Positions 32,282 through 47,325 of a stretch of DNA of 64,000 nucleotides are shown here, piece after piece. The position numbers were made by a program, and so were the translations under genes. The notes below the pieces were generated by a model. It searched no databases and was not told the origin of the DNA. It worked only from the letters and a program-made list of their open reading frames with translations. The first letter of the stretch is position 1, and every line of letters begins with the position of its first letter. This DNA is from an uncultured Phycisphaerales bacterium (lineage in GTDB: Bacteria > Planctomycetota > Phycisphaerae > Tepidisphaerales > Tepidisphaeraceae), in NCBI GenBank assembly GCA_963755915.1, contig CAVWLP010000003.1, positions 928,001-992,000 on the forward strand, read 5' to 3'.

Positions 32282-34254
32282 GTAGAGTAGAGAACTGAAC
32301 GACCCGATTGCCGCTCAGCTCTCCCTCTTCGAACCGGACGAGCGGGTTTCCCGCATCCGGCTCTCACGGTATTGTTCTTCTCAAGCATTCACGGTCGGAA
32401 CAGGTCGCAGGCTGATGAGGCCCAGACGCTGCAACTGTTCGTACCAGCTCCTCGCTCCGCGCACACGGAACGGACGCTGGCTGCGACGTTTAAGGTGTCG
32501 TTCCAGTCGCTCCTGCACAAATCGGTTGATCTGACGGAACGCCTTGCGCGGATAGCCTTTGCCGAAGTAGTTGGCCCATCCTCTCAGGTGCTCGTTGATC
32601 TGTACGATCAACGCCGGGATGGGCACAAAGCCTGCTTCGGGTCCGGTCATCTCCCGCAATTTGTCCCGCTCACGCTGCATCGACTTGCTCGAAGGACAGA
32701 GGTTCAGATAACGCCCCGGCCCGCCTTGCAGGCTCCGGTCGTACCGGAACCTGTACCCGAGAAAGTTCAGACTTTCGCCCGGCTCTTTCAACTTCACCGT
32801 GCGGGTCTTGTCGGTGTTGATCGTCAGATCAAACCGGCCTTGCAGCGTGCGTTCCACGAACTGCTTGATCTGAGGGCCTATATACCTTGCCATGATGACA
32901 AAGTCGTCGGCGTACCGGATCAGCCGGGCGTTCGCCCAGCGATGCGGGCCATCGGATCGGTGGAACAATTTATCAAACCAGTGCAGATATAGGTTGGCCA
33001 GCAGCGGCGAGATCACTCCGCCCTGCGGCGTTCCCTGTTTGCTCCGGGTGACTTTCGGTGGATCGCCGGGCTTCTCGCCTTCTTCGACGATCACCGCCTT
33101 CAGCCACATCCGGATCAGCTTCAGCACGCTTCCGTCCGTGATCCGCTTCTGGACACACGCCATCAGTTTCTCATGGGGAATCGTGTCGAAGTACGACTGC
33201 AAATCCGCGTCATACACTTCCCTTCGGCCCTGCTGGAGGTTTTGCTTGATCGCCTCCAGCGCATCGTGAGCCGAGCGACCGGGACGGAATCCATACGAAC
33301 AGTCCAGGAAATCCGCCTCGAAGATCGGCTCGATGAGCAGCAGCACCGCCATCTGCACCACGCGATCTCGGATCGTGGGGATGCCCAATGGACGCCGCTT
33401 GCCGTTGGCTTTGGGAATGTACACGCGCTTCACCGGCTGCGGGCGGTAGGTGCGGGTCTTGAGCGATTCTTCGATCTCGCTCAGGAATCCACTGACGCCG
33501 TGCTCGGAGTTTTGCACCTTCTCGATGCTCACCCCGTCCAAGCCGGGCGCCCCGCCGTTGGCGGACACCCGGTCCCACGCCGCTTCCAGAACATCGCGCC
33601 GGCAGATCCGGTCGTACAAGGTGTAAAACCGAAACCCCGGTTCCCGCTTGGCTTTGAGGTATAGCTTCTGTCTCAGAAGAAAGACTTTCCCCGGCAGACC
33701 CCTGGAGTTCACCCTCAGGTGCTCCGGCAAGTCTGTCGGATCATCCGTACTGTCAGGTTGTCCCTGCAAGCGGGCCTCTCTTCTTCTTACTTCCGCTCGA
33801 TACCGTCAGGGCTCCTTGGCTCGCGGCAGGCTTCGCCTCCGCTCACGGGCATTACCCCGCTTCTCAGCTACTATGAGCCCATCCGACTCCCCACGCTTCC
33901 CGTCCCTTGGTTATGTCTTTCCAACGAGCCGCACAACGATGCGTGGGGTCTCTCAGTTCCCGATCTTGTCTGTCGGCACGCGCCGTCCCCATCGACCCCG
34001 AGGAGCCGGACGATTGCTCGCACCCGCTGCTTCATCGTCCGCGCCGGCTTGGCCCTCTCTGACGGGTTGGCCACTCCCATTGGCGTAACGAGGCTGGTTT
34101 GGGTTCGCTTAACGCTACGGCTCGCGCCTTCGCCTTCCGGGGCTTCGCGCGACCGATTGCTCCGTCGTCACGCCCGGGCGGCTACACGGCTAACGGGTCA
34201 TTCCATGGTGAACTCCTTTCAGTTCACAAGACAAAACCGGTTTCACTGACGCAC
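32282..34254 (-). mobile_element. Complete group II intron (ribozyme plus RT/maturase ORF)
   Basis: 5' GTGCG at 34254; domain V GAGAGCCGGATGCGGGAAACCCGCTCGTCCGGTTCG with AGC triad; domain VI ending CTACTCTAC at 32282; flanks rejoin into a palindrome. Confidence 0.92.
32381..33769 (-). CDS. ltrA: Group II intron reverse transcriptase/maturase without endonuclease domain
   Basis: [62 protein letters not shown]. Confidence 0.96.
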   Translation of the reverse strand: MQGQPDSTDDPTDLPEHLRVNSRGLPGKVFLLRQKLYLKAKREPGFRFYTLYDRICRRDVLEAAWDRVSANGGAPGLDGVSIEKVQNSEHGVSGFLSEIEESLKTRTYRPQPVKRVYIPKANGKRRPLGIPTIRDRVVQMAVLLLIEPIFEADFLDCSYGFRPGRSAHDALEAIKQNLQQGRREVYDADLQSYFDTIPHEKLMACVQKRITDGSVLKLIRMWLKAVIVEEGEKPGDPPKVTRSKQGTPQGGVISPLLANLYLHWFDKLFHRSDGPHRWANARLIRYADDFVIMARYIGPQIKQFVERTLQGRFDLTINTDKTRTVKLKEPGESLNFLGYRFRYDRSLQGGPGRYLNLCPSSKSMQRERDKLREMTGPEAGFVPIPALIVQINEHLRGWANYFGKGYPRKAFRQINRFVQERLERHLKRRSQRPFRVRGARSWYEQLQRLGLISLRPVPTVNA

Positions 34255-34318
34255 CAGAGGCGCGAAGGCGCAGAGAGGTCAGTCCATCTTCTCTGCGCCT
34301 TCCGCCTCTGCGTGAGAT
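34255..34318. repeat. REP-like palindrome (intron target); its left end is displaced to 32274-32281
   Basis: ATCTCACG|CAGAGGCGCGAAGGCGCAGAGA versus TCTCTGCGCCTTCCGCCTCTGCGTGAGAT. Confidence 0.85.
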
Positions 34319-34329
34319 CCATTTTTCGT

Positions 34330-35931
34330 TTACGAAGCCAGCCGCGCGGCGGCCGATTCGCGATAGTTAACCGCATCGGCCAGTGCGTCGGCGGTCAGTG
34401 GGTGATTCCCGATATGCCGGATTTCCATCGCCGCGGCCAGTGAGCCGAGGTAGGCCGCTGCATGGAGGGAGCCGCCGCAGGCAAGCGTCAGGCTCGCCGC
34501 CGCCAATAGCGCATCCCCGCAGCCGAGCGGATCGACAACCCGCGTCGACAGCGCCGGCAGATATTCGCTGGAAAGCCGTCCCAGCATCTCTCCGGCCGAT
34601 TGCGGCGGCGGGCTAAACGTCACCAAACCTTGTTTTCCCAGCGTAATGATCGCCTGCCGCGCCTTGGTTTCGCTCAGAAGCTGCCATACGACGTTTCCCA
34701 ATCCGCTGGAAAAATCGTGCAGGGTTTCGCGGACTTCCCGCTCCGTCGGGCACAGCAGATCGACCGACTTGAATTTCAGCAAACTGCTCTGCCGGCCGCT
34801 GACGTCCGCGGTGATGATCGGCACGGTTTTTCGCAGCTGCGGCATGATTCGCTCCAGCAGCGATTCGGTAATCAGCCCATACCCAAAATCCGCGAAAATA
34901 ACGGCCGAAGCCCCCTGCGCCGCCGAGAGAATCTTCCCGGCGACCATCTGTTCGCATTGCGAATCGATGGGATCGACCGTCCCCTGGTCGACCTTGAACA
35001 GTTTTGTCTCATCGGCCAGATACCGGCTCTTTACGACAAGCTGCCGCCGGTGCGCGGTGGAATCAACCGAGATCCCCTGGCTCTGCAATCGCATGACCGT
35101 TTCATTTGAATCGCCGCACGGGCCCAGGGCCGTAATAAGCGACGGCTGAGCCCCCAGCCCGGCGAGGTGAAGCGCAATCACCGCCGCCCCACCGTCATAA
35201 TCGCGACTTTGAATCTGCCGAAGAGCGATCATTGGCCCTTCGCCGGCAACCCCCGTGGCATCGCACAGGTGATACCGGTCCAGGATAAAGTCCCCCACGA
35301 CCACAACTTTCTGCCCGCGGAATTTTTCGATTATCCGGTGCAACGACACCGCGTCGAGATCGAATTTCCGCTGAAAGCGGAAAACTTTTTCATCGGTCAT
35401 CGCGTCGCGGTCTTCCAGGGCGGAAATGAGGGCTGTCGAGGAATAAATCACGTCGCCGCTGGAAAAAATCACCCGTCCACCGTGCCGGGTAACGGCATCC
35501 CGTTCGGCAAGAAATCGCGGATCGTGATTCCGCTCATATTCTTTCCCCTTCACATAAACGTCCGGCTGAAGCTGCTCCAGCAATTCCGTCGCGGTTGGGT
35601 TGGGGTTCACGTAGACCCAGTCCACGCATTCCAGCGCCGCAAGGCTCGACGCCCGAAGGTCATCCGGAATCAGCGGCCGACCCACCCCCTTCTGCACCTG
35701 CGAATCGGCACTGACGGTTACCACCAATTCATCACCCAATGATTTGGCGTATTGGAGGTGCTGAATATGCCCGGGATGGACGATATCAAAACAGCCGTGG
35801 CAGTGGACGATCACCCGTCCCGCGGCCCGGGCCTCCCGGCGAACGCCCAGGAGCCGGTCGAGATTGCAGATTTTGCGGTGCGAGGCTTTGTCCAGAGAAG
35901 CCATTCTTCTATTTATCGGACGAATGGCCAT
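34330..35931 (-). CDS. Bifunctional cytidylyl/adenylyltransferase plus PfkB kinase (RfaE/HldE-like, reversed domain order)
   Basis: HGCFDIVHPGH, KGVGRP, YSST; VGDFILDRY, GGAAVIA, DPLGCGD. Confidence 0.85.
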   Translation of the reverse strand: MAIRPINRRMASLDKASHRKICNLDRLLGVRREARAAGRVIVHCHGCFDIVHPGHIQHLQYAKSLGDELVVTVSADSQVQKGVGRPLIPDDLRASSLAALECVDWVYVNPNPTATELLEQLQPDVYVKGKEYERNHDPRFLAERDAVTRHGGRVIFSSGDVIYSSTALISALEDRDAMTDEKVFRFQRKFDLDAVSLHRIIEKFRGQKVVVVGDFILDRYHLCDATGVAGEGPMIALRQIQSRDYDGGAAVIALHLAGLGAQPSLITALGPCGDSNETVMRLQSQGISVDSTAHRRQLVVKSRYLADETKLFKVDQGTVDPIDSQCEQMVAGKILSAAQGASAVIFADFGYGLITESLLERIMPQLRKTVPIITADVSGRQSSLLKFKSVDLLCPTEREVRETLHDFSSGLGNVVWQLLSETKARQAIITLGKQGLVTFSPPPQSAGEMLGRLSSEYLPALSTRVVDPLGCGDALLAAASLTLACGGSLHAAAYLGSLAAAMEIRHIGNHPLTADALADAVNYRESAAARLAS

Positions 35932-35973
35932 TTGAACTGGATTTTGTCGCCCCGAATAACCGTTAAAACCATT

Positions 35974-37119
35974 ATGGGCTTGAGATTAAGTTATTATCTC
36001 ACGGCGGACATGGGGATCGAAGCGGCAGCCGGCGCCTGCGCCTGGCTCACCAGCATCACCCCGATGAAGCCCGAGCAGTGGGAGATCCGCCTGGCGAAGA
36101 AGCCAACCGGCGACCCCGCCGCCTGGGACGTTCTCTCCGAATTCCCCAACCTGAAAATCCCCCAGGAAACGCAAAGCGTTGCCGCGTGCGAGGGGAGATA
36201 CGTCATCCCCCTGCAAAAAGATTCCCGCCCCAGCGGAGATGCCGCGATCAAGGGGATGCTCATCCAGCTCGAGAAGGACAGTTCGCTGGCGGCGGTGGTG
36301 GCGAAACTCGTCACCTCTGAAGGCGCGGCCCGTTCGCCGGCGCTTCCTTCGCTGGCCCACATGGGCGCGACGTGTTTTCGAAAATCGGTGCTGGACAAAA
36401 TCGACGGCCTGCCCGCGTTCGGCGGCCCAGCTGCCGATTACGACGTCACCTTCCGCATTCTCAGCACCCGCGCCTCCATTGCCCGGCGCGAAGACATCAT
36501 CTACTTCACCGATGCCGGCGAAACCGACGCCGCCCCCAGCGCCAACGACATCGCCAACCAGCTCGCGGTCGCACATTGGTATCTCCCGCCCAAGCTGGCA
36601 CGAATTTACTGGGACGACTGGGCGATGCGCCTCAAGGCCCTAGGCAAACGCGCCGGACAATGGGCGGTCATTCGGGCACGCATGAACGGCATCAAGCAAA
36701 TGCTCGCGGCGCCCGACCCGGTCTCCGACGAGGTGACCGAATCGGTCTTCGGCTTCCGAGCCCAGGCGGCCGCCATCGGTGAGTGGGCGCGACGCGGAAG
36801 CGTCTGGCGCGTTGTCCTTGCCGATTTTGGGGACAACCTCTGGGCCAGCTTTAACGCCTGCCGATCCAGCGGCCTGCAGATGCGCTGCGTCGCCGACAAC
36901 AACTCCGCGTTTGAGAAATTGACCTACCGCGAGCTCCCCATCGTTCACGCCAACCGCGCTTTCGAAGGGGGCGGCATCGACGGCGTCATCGTCACCGACG
37001 CCGAGCCGGGACGCATCGACGCCACCTATAAATCCATCCGCAACCACTTCCACGGCCCCATCTTGAGGCTCTGGCAAACACCCCGCGCGGCAACCCATGC
37101 CGAAGCACAGGCGGCGTAG
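35974..37119 (+). CDS. Divergent glycosyltransferase-2-like protein with C-terminal Rossmann-like domain
   Basis: CFRKSVLDKIDG..ADYDVTFRI; C-terminal VVLADFG..CVADNN..DGVIV. Confidence 0.5.
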   Translation: MGLRLSYYLTADMGIEAAAGACAWLTSITPMKPEQWEIRLAKKPTGDPAAWDVLSEFPNLKIPQETQSVAACEGRYVIPLQKDSRPSGDAAIKGMLIQLEKDSSLAAVVAKLVTSEGAARSPALPSLAHMGATCFRKSVLDKIDGLPAFGGPAADYDVTFRILSTRASIARREDIIYFTDAGETDAAPSANDIANQLAVAHWYLPPKLARIYWDDWAMRLKALGKRAGQWAVIRARMNGIKQMLAAPDPVSDEVTESVFGFRAQAAAIGEWARRGSVWRVVLADFGDNLWASFNACRSSGLQMRCVADNNSAFEKLTYRELPIVHANRAFEGGGIDGVIVTDAEPGRIDATYKSIRNHFHGPILRLWQTPRAATHAEAQAA

Positions 37120-37164
37120 GACTAGATACCAGAGCCGGGAAACTGGAAACTAGTCTCCAGTCCC

Positions 37165-39316
37165 ATGTCCCTCGACGCTGCTCTTGCTCAACATCGCGCC
37201 GGCAATCTTGCGGAAGCGGAGCGGCTCTATCGCCAGCTTCTTCAGCGCGAGCCGCGGCATGCTCGGGCCATGCAATTGCTCGGGGTGCTCTATCTTCAGC
37301 GGCGACAGACGGACGAGGCGATTGAAATGATTCGCCGGGCCATCGCCATCGACCCGGCCCCCGCGGATTTTCACAGCAATCTTGGCAACGCCCTTATGGA
37401 AAAGGGGCTGGTCGAGGAAGCCATCGAGGCCTATCGCAAAGCGGTCGCTCTTCGACCCGATTATGCCGAGGCTCACAGCAATCTCGCCAACGCCTTGTGC
37501 ATGCGGAAACAATTCGACGAGGCGATTTCTCATTGCCGAATCGCACTGAAACTGAAGCCGGACTACGTGGAAGCCCACAACAATCTTGGCAATGCGCTTT
37601 GGGGTAAGGGGTTGATTGACGAAGCCATTGCCCAGTTCCGGCAGGCGATTCTTGTTGCGCCGGGATACGTCAGCGCCCATCACAATCTCAGCGGTGCGTT
37701 ACGCACTCGCGGAATGATGGACGAGGCGATGATCGAATGCCGGGAGTCACTGCGGCTTTGGCCGGAATTTCCGGATGCGCATTGCCAACACGGCGTCCTG
37801 CTGCTGGAAAGCAATCGCCTGGATGATGCCATCGCCGAATTTCGTGAGGCGATCCGCCTCAAGCCCGATTGCGGCGAGGCGTGGAACAATCTCGCCAGGC
37901 GCTGCACATCCGGGGCGACATCGACGATGCACTGGCGGCGTGCGAACAGGCCCTGCGCTTCGAGCCCAACCTCGCCGAGGCACCTATGTGCCAGGCCGCA
38001 CTCATGGCGGAGATGGGCCGGCTGGACGAAGCTTCCGTCGCCTGCCGCCGCGCCATTGAGCTGATGCCCGACCAGCCGGAAATCCACAGCAACCTGATTT
38101 TCTTCCTGAACTACTGGGACCAGGCCGATGCGAAGATGGTCAAAGAAGAATGCCGCCAGTGGGCCCGGCGGTATACCGCAAACGCAAAGCGCATGGACCG
38201 CCCAACTGATCGCGATTGGTCGGCCGGCCGCAGATTGAAAATCGGCTACGTCTCACCCGATTTTCGCGATCATCCAGCGGGCAGATATTTTCTCTCCCTC
38301 CTCGAAGCCCACGATCCGGCACAGGTTGAAGTCTTCTGCTACTACAGCCACGCCACGGTCGACGATTTCACCCGGCGGATTCAAAAGGGCGCCCACCACT
38401 GGCGAAACATTCTGGGGCACACCGACGACGAAGCCGCCGCGCAAGTCCGCGCCGACCAGATCGACATCCTGGTAGACCTCGCCGTCCACACCGCCTCCAA
38501 CCGCCTGCCGATTTTCGCCCGCAAGCCCGCACCCGTGCAGGCCACCTGGCTCGGTTATCCCGGAACGACGGGGCTGGACGAGATGGATTTCCGCCTGACC
38601 GATCCCTATCTCGATCCGCCGGGACAATCGCACGAGATATACGTCGAAAATCGCTGCGCCTCCCCCGCACGTTCTGGTGCATCGACGCGAGTTTTCTGAA
38701 TCCCGTCGAACCCAATCCTCTTCCCGCGCTTTCGGTCGGTCACATCACGTTCGGATGCCTCAACCGCTTCTCAAAAGTTTCCCGCGGAACGCTGGAATTA
38801 TGGACGAGGATTTGGCGGGCTGCCCCCAATGCCCATCTCATCATCTATGCACGAGCCGGAAAATATCTGGACGACACCCGAGAATTCTTCCGCAGCGCCG
38901 GCATCGATCCCCAGCGAATCCGCTTCGTCGGCCGCACGTCGCAGGCGCCGGAATATTTCCGCCGATACCACGAATTCGACATCGGCCTCGATCCCTTCCC
39001 CTACAGCGGCGGGATCACGTCGATCGATTCGCTCTGGATGGGCGTGCCGATGGTTACGCTGCGCGGCAAAACCGCCGTCGGCCGGGGCGGCGTGTCCGTT
39101 CTCAGCAATGCAGGGTTGGAAGATTGGATCGCGGACGATGCCGAGCAATACGTAGAGATTGCCGTTCAAAAATCGCAGGAATTGGAGCGATTGAGCGAAC
39201 TGAGAGCAGCGCTGCGGCAGAAAATCAGGAATTCACCGCTGATGGATACTCTAGCTTTCGCTCGCGACATCGAAAGCGCTTTCCGCGAGATGTGGCGATC
39301 TGCCACCCCGCGCTGA
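37165..39316 (+). CDS. TPR-repeat O-GlcNAc transferase/SPINDLY-like GT41 (several frameshifts)
   Basis: [16 protein letters not shown] TPRs; [52 protein letters not shown]. Confidence 0.88.
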
Positions 39317-40563
39317 CGAGCCGTTGCTCTTCCCGGCTTTCTTCATCGAAAGCCCCGCGGCTTTCGCCAGAATCTCCGCCTTGTCGGTCTTCTCCCAACT
39401 GAAGCCCCCATCCCGCCCCGGGGTCCGGCCGAAGTGGCCGTGCCGGGCGGTCTGCTTGTAGATCGGACGGAGCAGATCGAGGTGCTTGATGATGCCGCGC
39501 GGCGTCAGGGGGAAATGTTCCTTGATCAGCTCGGCAATCTGGTCCTCGGGAATGACGGCCGTGCTCTTCCGTGCTGACCGTCACCGAAACGGGATGGGCC
39601 ACGCCGATGGCGTAGGCAAGCTGCACTTCCGCGCAGCGGGCCAAGCCGGCGGCGACGATGTTCTTGGCGATGTATCGGCCCATGTAGCAGGCGCTGCGAT
39701 CGACCTTTGAAGGGTCCTTTCCGCTGAACGCCCCGCCGCCGTGGGCGCCGCGGCCGCCGTAGCTGTCGACGATGATTTTCCGGCCGGTCAGGCCGGTATC
39801 GCCGTGCGGGCCGCCTACGACGAATTTTCCCGTCGGGTTGATGTGGAAAACGATGTCGTCGTTCCAGAAGTTTCTTGGGGATGACGGGCTTGATGACGTG
39901 CTCGATGATCTGCTTCTTGGCCTTCTCGGTGATGCTTGTCGGTTTTCTTATCCAGGACCGATTCATCGTGCTGAGTGGAGACGACCACGGTGTGAACGCG
40001 CACCGGCCGTTCGTTTTCGTATTCGATGGTGACCTGGCTTTTGCCATCGGGCCGAAGCCAGGGGAGCTTTCCCTTGAAGCGCAATTCCGCGAGGCGCTCG
40101 ACGATGCGATGGGCCAGGTGGATCGGCAGCGGCATCAGCTCGGGGGTTTCGTCGCAGGCGTAGCCGAACATCAGGCCCTGGTCGCCGGCGCCCTGTTCCT
40201 TGGTGTCGTCCTCGGCGCGGTCTACGCCGCGGGCGATGTCGGGGGACTGGGAATGGATCGCGGTTAAGAACGCCGCAGCTCTGGTAATCGAACCCGATCT
40301 CCGGATGGGTGTATCCGATTTCCGGATGGTGTCGCGCGCGACCTGGGCGGCGTCGATGTAAGCCGTCGGTCGTCACTTCCCCGGCCAGCGACCACCTGCC
40401 CGGTCGTCACCAGCGTTTCGCACGCAACCCGGCTGCGCGGATCCTGGGCTAGAATCGCATCGAGCACGGCATCGCTGATCTGGTCGGCCACCTTATCGGG
40501 ATGGCCCATGGTGACGGATTCGCTGGTAAACAGGTGCTTGCTGCGGCGGAAATTCGGGGACAT
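39251..40563 (-). CDS. metK: S-adenosylmethionine synthetase (several frameshifts)
   Basis: [48 protein letters not shown] spread over frames. Confidence 0.93.
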
Positions 40564-40691
40564 CGGTTCGGCTCCAATTCGTTAAAAAGGCCCTGAAAAA
40601 TAGAGCGGAAAATGTACAGGGTCCGGGGGCGGCGGGCAAGGATGGACCCAAAGGCGGACCCGGAATTCCAAACGCCACCGGCCCCAACCCC

Positions 40692-40727
40692 TTGACAACA
40701 CTCGATCCCTATACTATGTAATACATA
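40692..40727 (+). promoter_or_regulatory. Promoter with palindromic operator upstream of padR
   Basis: TTGACA at 40692; TATGTA-A-TACATA (40715-40727) immediately before the ATG. Confidence 0.6.
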
Positions 40728-40729
40728 CT

Positions 40730-41071
40730 ATGGAATCCAAGGCTCAGTTCCTGAAAGGCTGCGCCAGGACGCTGGTCCTGCAACTTCTGGCCGAGCGGCC
40801 GATGTATGGGTATGAGCTGGCGTCGCAGCTCAGCCAGCGCAGCGATGGGATTTTCGCCCTCGGGCAGGGAACGCTCTATCCACTGCTTTATTCACTTGAG
40901 AGCAAAGGGCAAATCCGGGTGACGCGCGAAGAACCGTCCGAAGATGGGGCGCGAATCAGGCGATATTATGCCCTCACCCACAAGGGCCGCGCTGAATTGG
41001 AAGCCAGTGTCGACACCTGGAACCAGATCGTCCGGGGAATGCGACTCGTGCTGGAGACAAGCCATGCCTGA
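40730..41071 (+). CDS. PadR family transcriptional regulator
   Basis: MYGYEL, GTLYPLLYSLE..G, RRYYALTHKG. Confidence 0.93.
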   Translation: MESKAQFLKGCARTLVLQLLAERPMYGYELASQLSQRSDGIFALGQGTLYPLLYSLESKGQIRVTREEPSEDGARIRRYYALTHKGRAELEASVDTWNQIVRGMRLVLETSHA

Positions 41072-41639
41072 TGGGATTCAGAGGTACGTCGAAGACGTCG
41101 TTTGCTACGCCGACCTTGTCGCGTCCGATGAGCGGATCGTGCGTGCGGAACTGGTTGAACATCTGCAAACCCTAACGACGCTGTCGCACCTGTCCGATCC
41201 AAAGGAGATTTATGCCATGCTGAAAGATCAATTTGGGAATCCGAAAACAGTTGGGCGAGCCATCGCCACGGCCAAGGGAAGAGTGCGAACGTATTTCAAA
41301 AAGCTTCGCCGGAAACTTCCGTGGCAGATCGGCATCGCGCTGGTTCTGGCATTTGCCGTGCGATTTTCGATTGCCCAGGCGTTTATAATTCCGGGGGATA
41401 GCGTCTCCCCGATGGTTCCGCGCGGCAGCCGGGTGCTGGTCTACAAGCTTGCCCGATCGTTCAATCCCGGCGACGTGATGGTCTATCGCATAGGTCCCGG
41501 CGAATTTCGGGTGGGAATCGTGGTTTGTCAGCGCAGCGACGGGGAGTGGGTGGTGCAAAAAAATCATGGCGCCGGCAAGGAAATCACCAATGTGCCGCAG
41601 GAGCAGATTGTGGGCAGAGTGTTCCTGAACACGAGGTGA
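41064..41639 (+). CDS. PadR-partner membrane protein: HAAS-like N-terminus, TM helix, S26 peptidase-like domain
   Basis: RAELVEHL..FGNP; hydrophobic helix; AFIIPGDSVSP..VLVYK..GDVMVY..IVGRV. Confidence 0.65.
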   Translation: MPDGIQRYVEDVVCYADLVASDERIVRAELVEHLQTLTTLSHLSDPKEIYAMLKDQFGNPKTVGRAIATAKGRVRTYFKKLRRKLPWQIGIALVLAFAVRFSIAQAFIIPGDSVSPMVPRGSRVLVYKLARSFNPGDVMVYRIGPGEFRVGIVVCQRSDGEWVVQKNHGAGKEITNVPQEQIVGRVFLNTR

Positions 41640-41642
41640 GGT

Positions 41643-45755
<4,113 letters not shown>

Positions 45756-45822
45756 AACTCGTTTTTAACCGCATATTGACGGGGGAACAAGAAACGCCTC
45801 CCGGCACCCCGCGACGGCAGAC

Positions 45823-46736
45823 CTACTGCGAAACCGCCGCTTCCTCGGATGCCGCCTCGATTCGCGTAAGCTGCACGATCCGCTCCAGCTTGAAGTTCCG
45901 CCGGTCCTTGCGCAGGTGGCAGTGGGCGATCAGCACCAGCTCATCCCCATGCCGGGAAATCTGGATCGGATCGACGATCCTTCGCGTCCGCTGCTGGCCG
46001 GCATCGAGATATTCCATCAAAACCGGGCGGCGCTGATCCAGCGCTTCCTGAAGCTCCAGCGGAAGCACATTTTCGCGCGGCGCCGGGGGCTGGAGGAATG
46101 CCGGGCCGCCCTGCTCGCGAAGGGCGTCGCACAGGCAGATATTCCATCCGCCTACTGAGCCGAGCAAAAGCTCAAAAACCGCCATCGTGGTTAATGCATC
46201 TCCCAGGGCGCGGTGCGCCACTGTCGGTTGATATCCCAATCGATTTGCCAGCGAGGAGAGCCCGTTCCCGCCGCGCCGAACCTGCGCCGCGCGATCCGCA
46301 CGGTGTCCAGGACCGGCGGACTTTCGAGAGTCGCGCACAGATCGTGCCCGGCAAGAACGCATTCGTGCAGCAGAAACGAAAGATCAAACCCCACGTTATG
46401 CCCCAGGACTGCCGCCCCGCTCAGCAGTGGCAACATCGCCGGAAGCTGCTCGGCAAACGTCGGCTGACCCTCGCACATCGCCTGCGAGATTCCCGTCAGC
46501 GCCGTGATCCCCGCCCCGATTCGCCGCCGCGGATTGATGAGCTGGGAATACTCGGCGGATTTCTGCCCATTGTCATAGCGCACGATCCCGATTTCGATAA
46601 CCCGATCCCCATACGCCGTGCTGGCGCCCGTCGTTTCCACATCAATGCACGCGATCGGAACCGAAAAGAGTGGCTGAATGAGGGAAAACCGCATGACCGA
46701 CATCGCCTCCATGCTCGTCGCCCCACGCCCTTTCAC
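45823..46736 (-). CDS. DEDDh 3'-5' exonuclease fused to a WYL domain (frameshift ~46275)
   Basis: IDVETTG, GHNVGFDLSFL, AHRALGD; C-terminal MEY..RIVDP..AHCHLRKDRRNFKLERI. Confidence 0.82.
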
Positions 46737-46748
46737 AACTGCCCCAAT

Positions 46749-47222
46749 CTACATCTGCACGCCCAGGATCTTCGTCTCAAAGACAATATTGCCGTTGTTT
46801 ACTCCTTGCATGTGGCAGAAGATCCTTCCATGCCGCCGCCAGATTTGTTCGCCAACAACGTATAAGCGCATGGGAGGGACAACTTCCTGCCTGAACCGGC
46901 AATCTTCGACGCCCCCAAACCCGATAAACGTGCTCCACCCCACGAATTTCTTGGCGTATAACGATGCCAGTTGGGCGGCGAGTTCAAGCATCAAAACCCC
47001 CGGTAACAGCGGACGCCCGGGAATATGCCCTGGAACCCAGAACTCATCTATTCTAACGTCCTTGAATCCGATGAGTCGATGCTTTTCGGGATCGGCATAA
47101 ACGACCCCATCCAGCATTTCCATGTCCCCGCGCTGGGGATTGTGCTGCCGGATTGTGTCCGGGCCATAGATCACCTGGTCCAGATCTATGCCTGAGATGT
47201 CAAATAGCAGTTGAGGCGGCAT
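46749..47222 (-). CDS. 3-hydroxyacyl-ACP dehydratase, FabZ/FabA family
   Basis: GHIPGRPLLPGVLMLELAAQ; CRFR..V.P. Confidence 0.88.
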   Translation of the reverse strand: MPPQLLFDISGIDLDQVIYGPDTIRQHNPQRGDMEMLDGVVYADPEKHRLIGFKDVRIDEFWVPGHIPGRPLLPGVLMLELAAQLASLYAKKFVGWSTFIGFGGVEDCRFRQEVVPPMRLYVVGEQIWRRHGRIFCHMQGVNNGNIVFETKILGVQM

Positions 47223-47325
47223 GGCTATCGTTTGGGCCCTAATGGCTGCCCAGACAAATAACGCAATCTTTAATTAACCGTCAACTCACAAAATAGGGGC
47301 GCCCATTCCAAGTAACGGCTTAAGA

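Noticed and set aside
32381-33769. RT as a retron, DGR or defence-associated RT
   Set aside because: It has a maturase domain and canonical group II intron RNA boundaries; no template/variable repeat pair was seen
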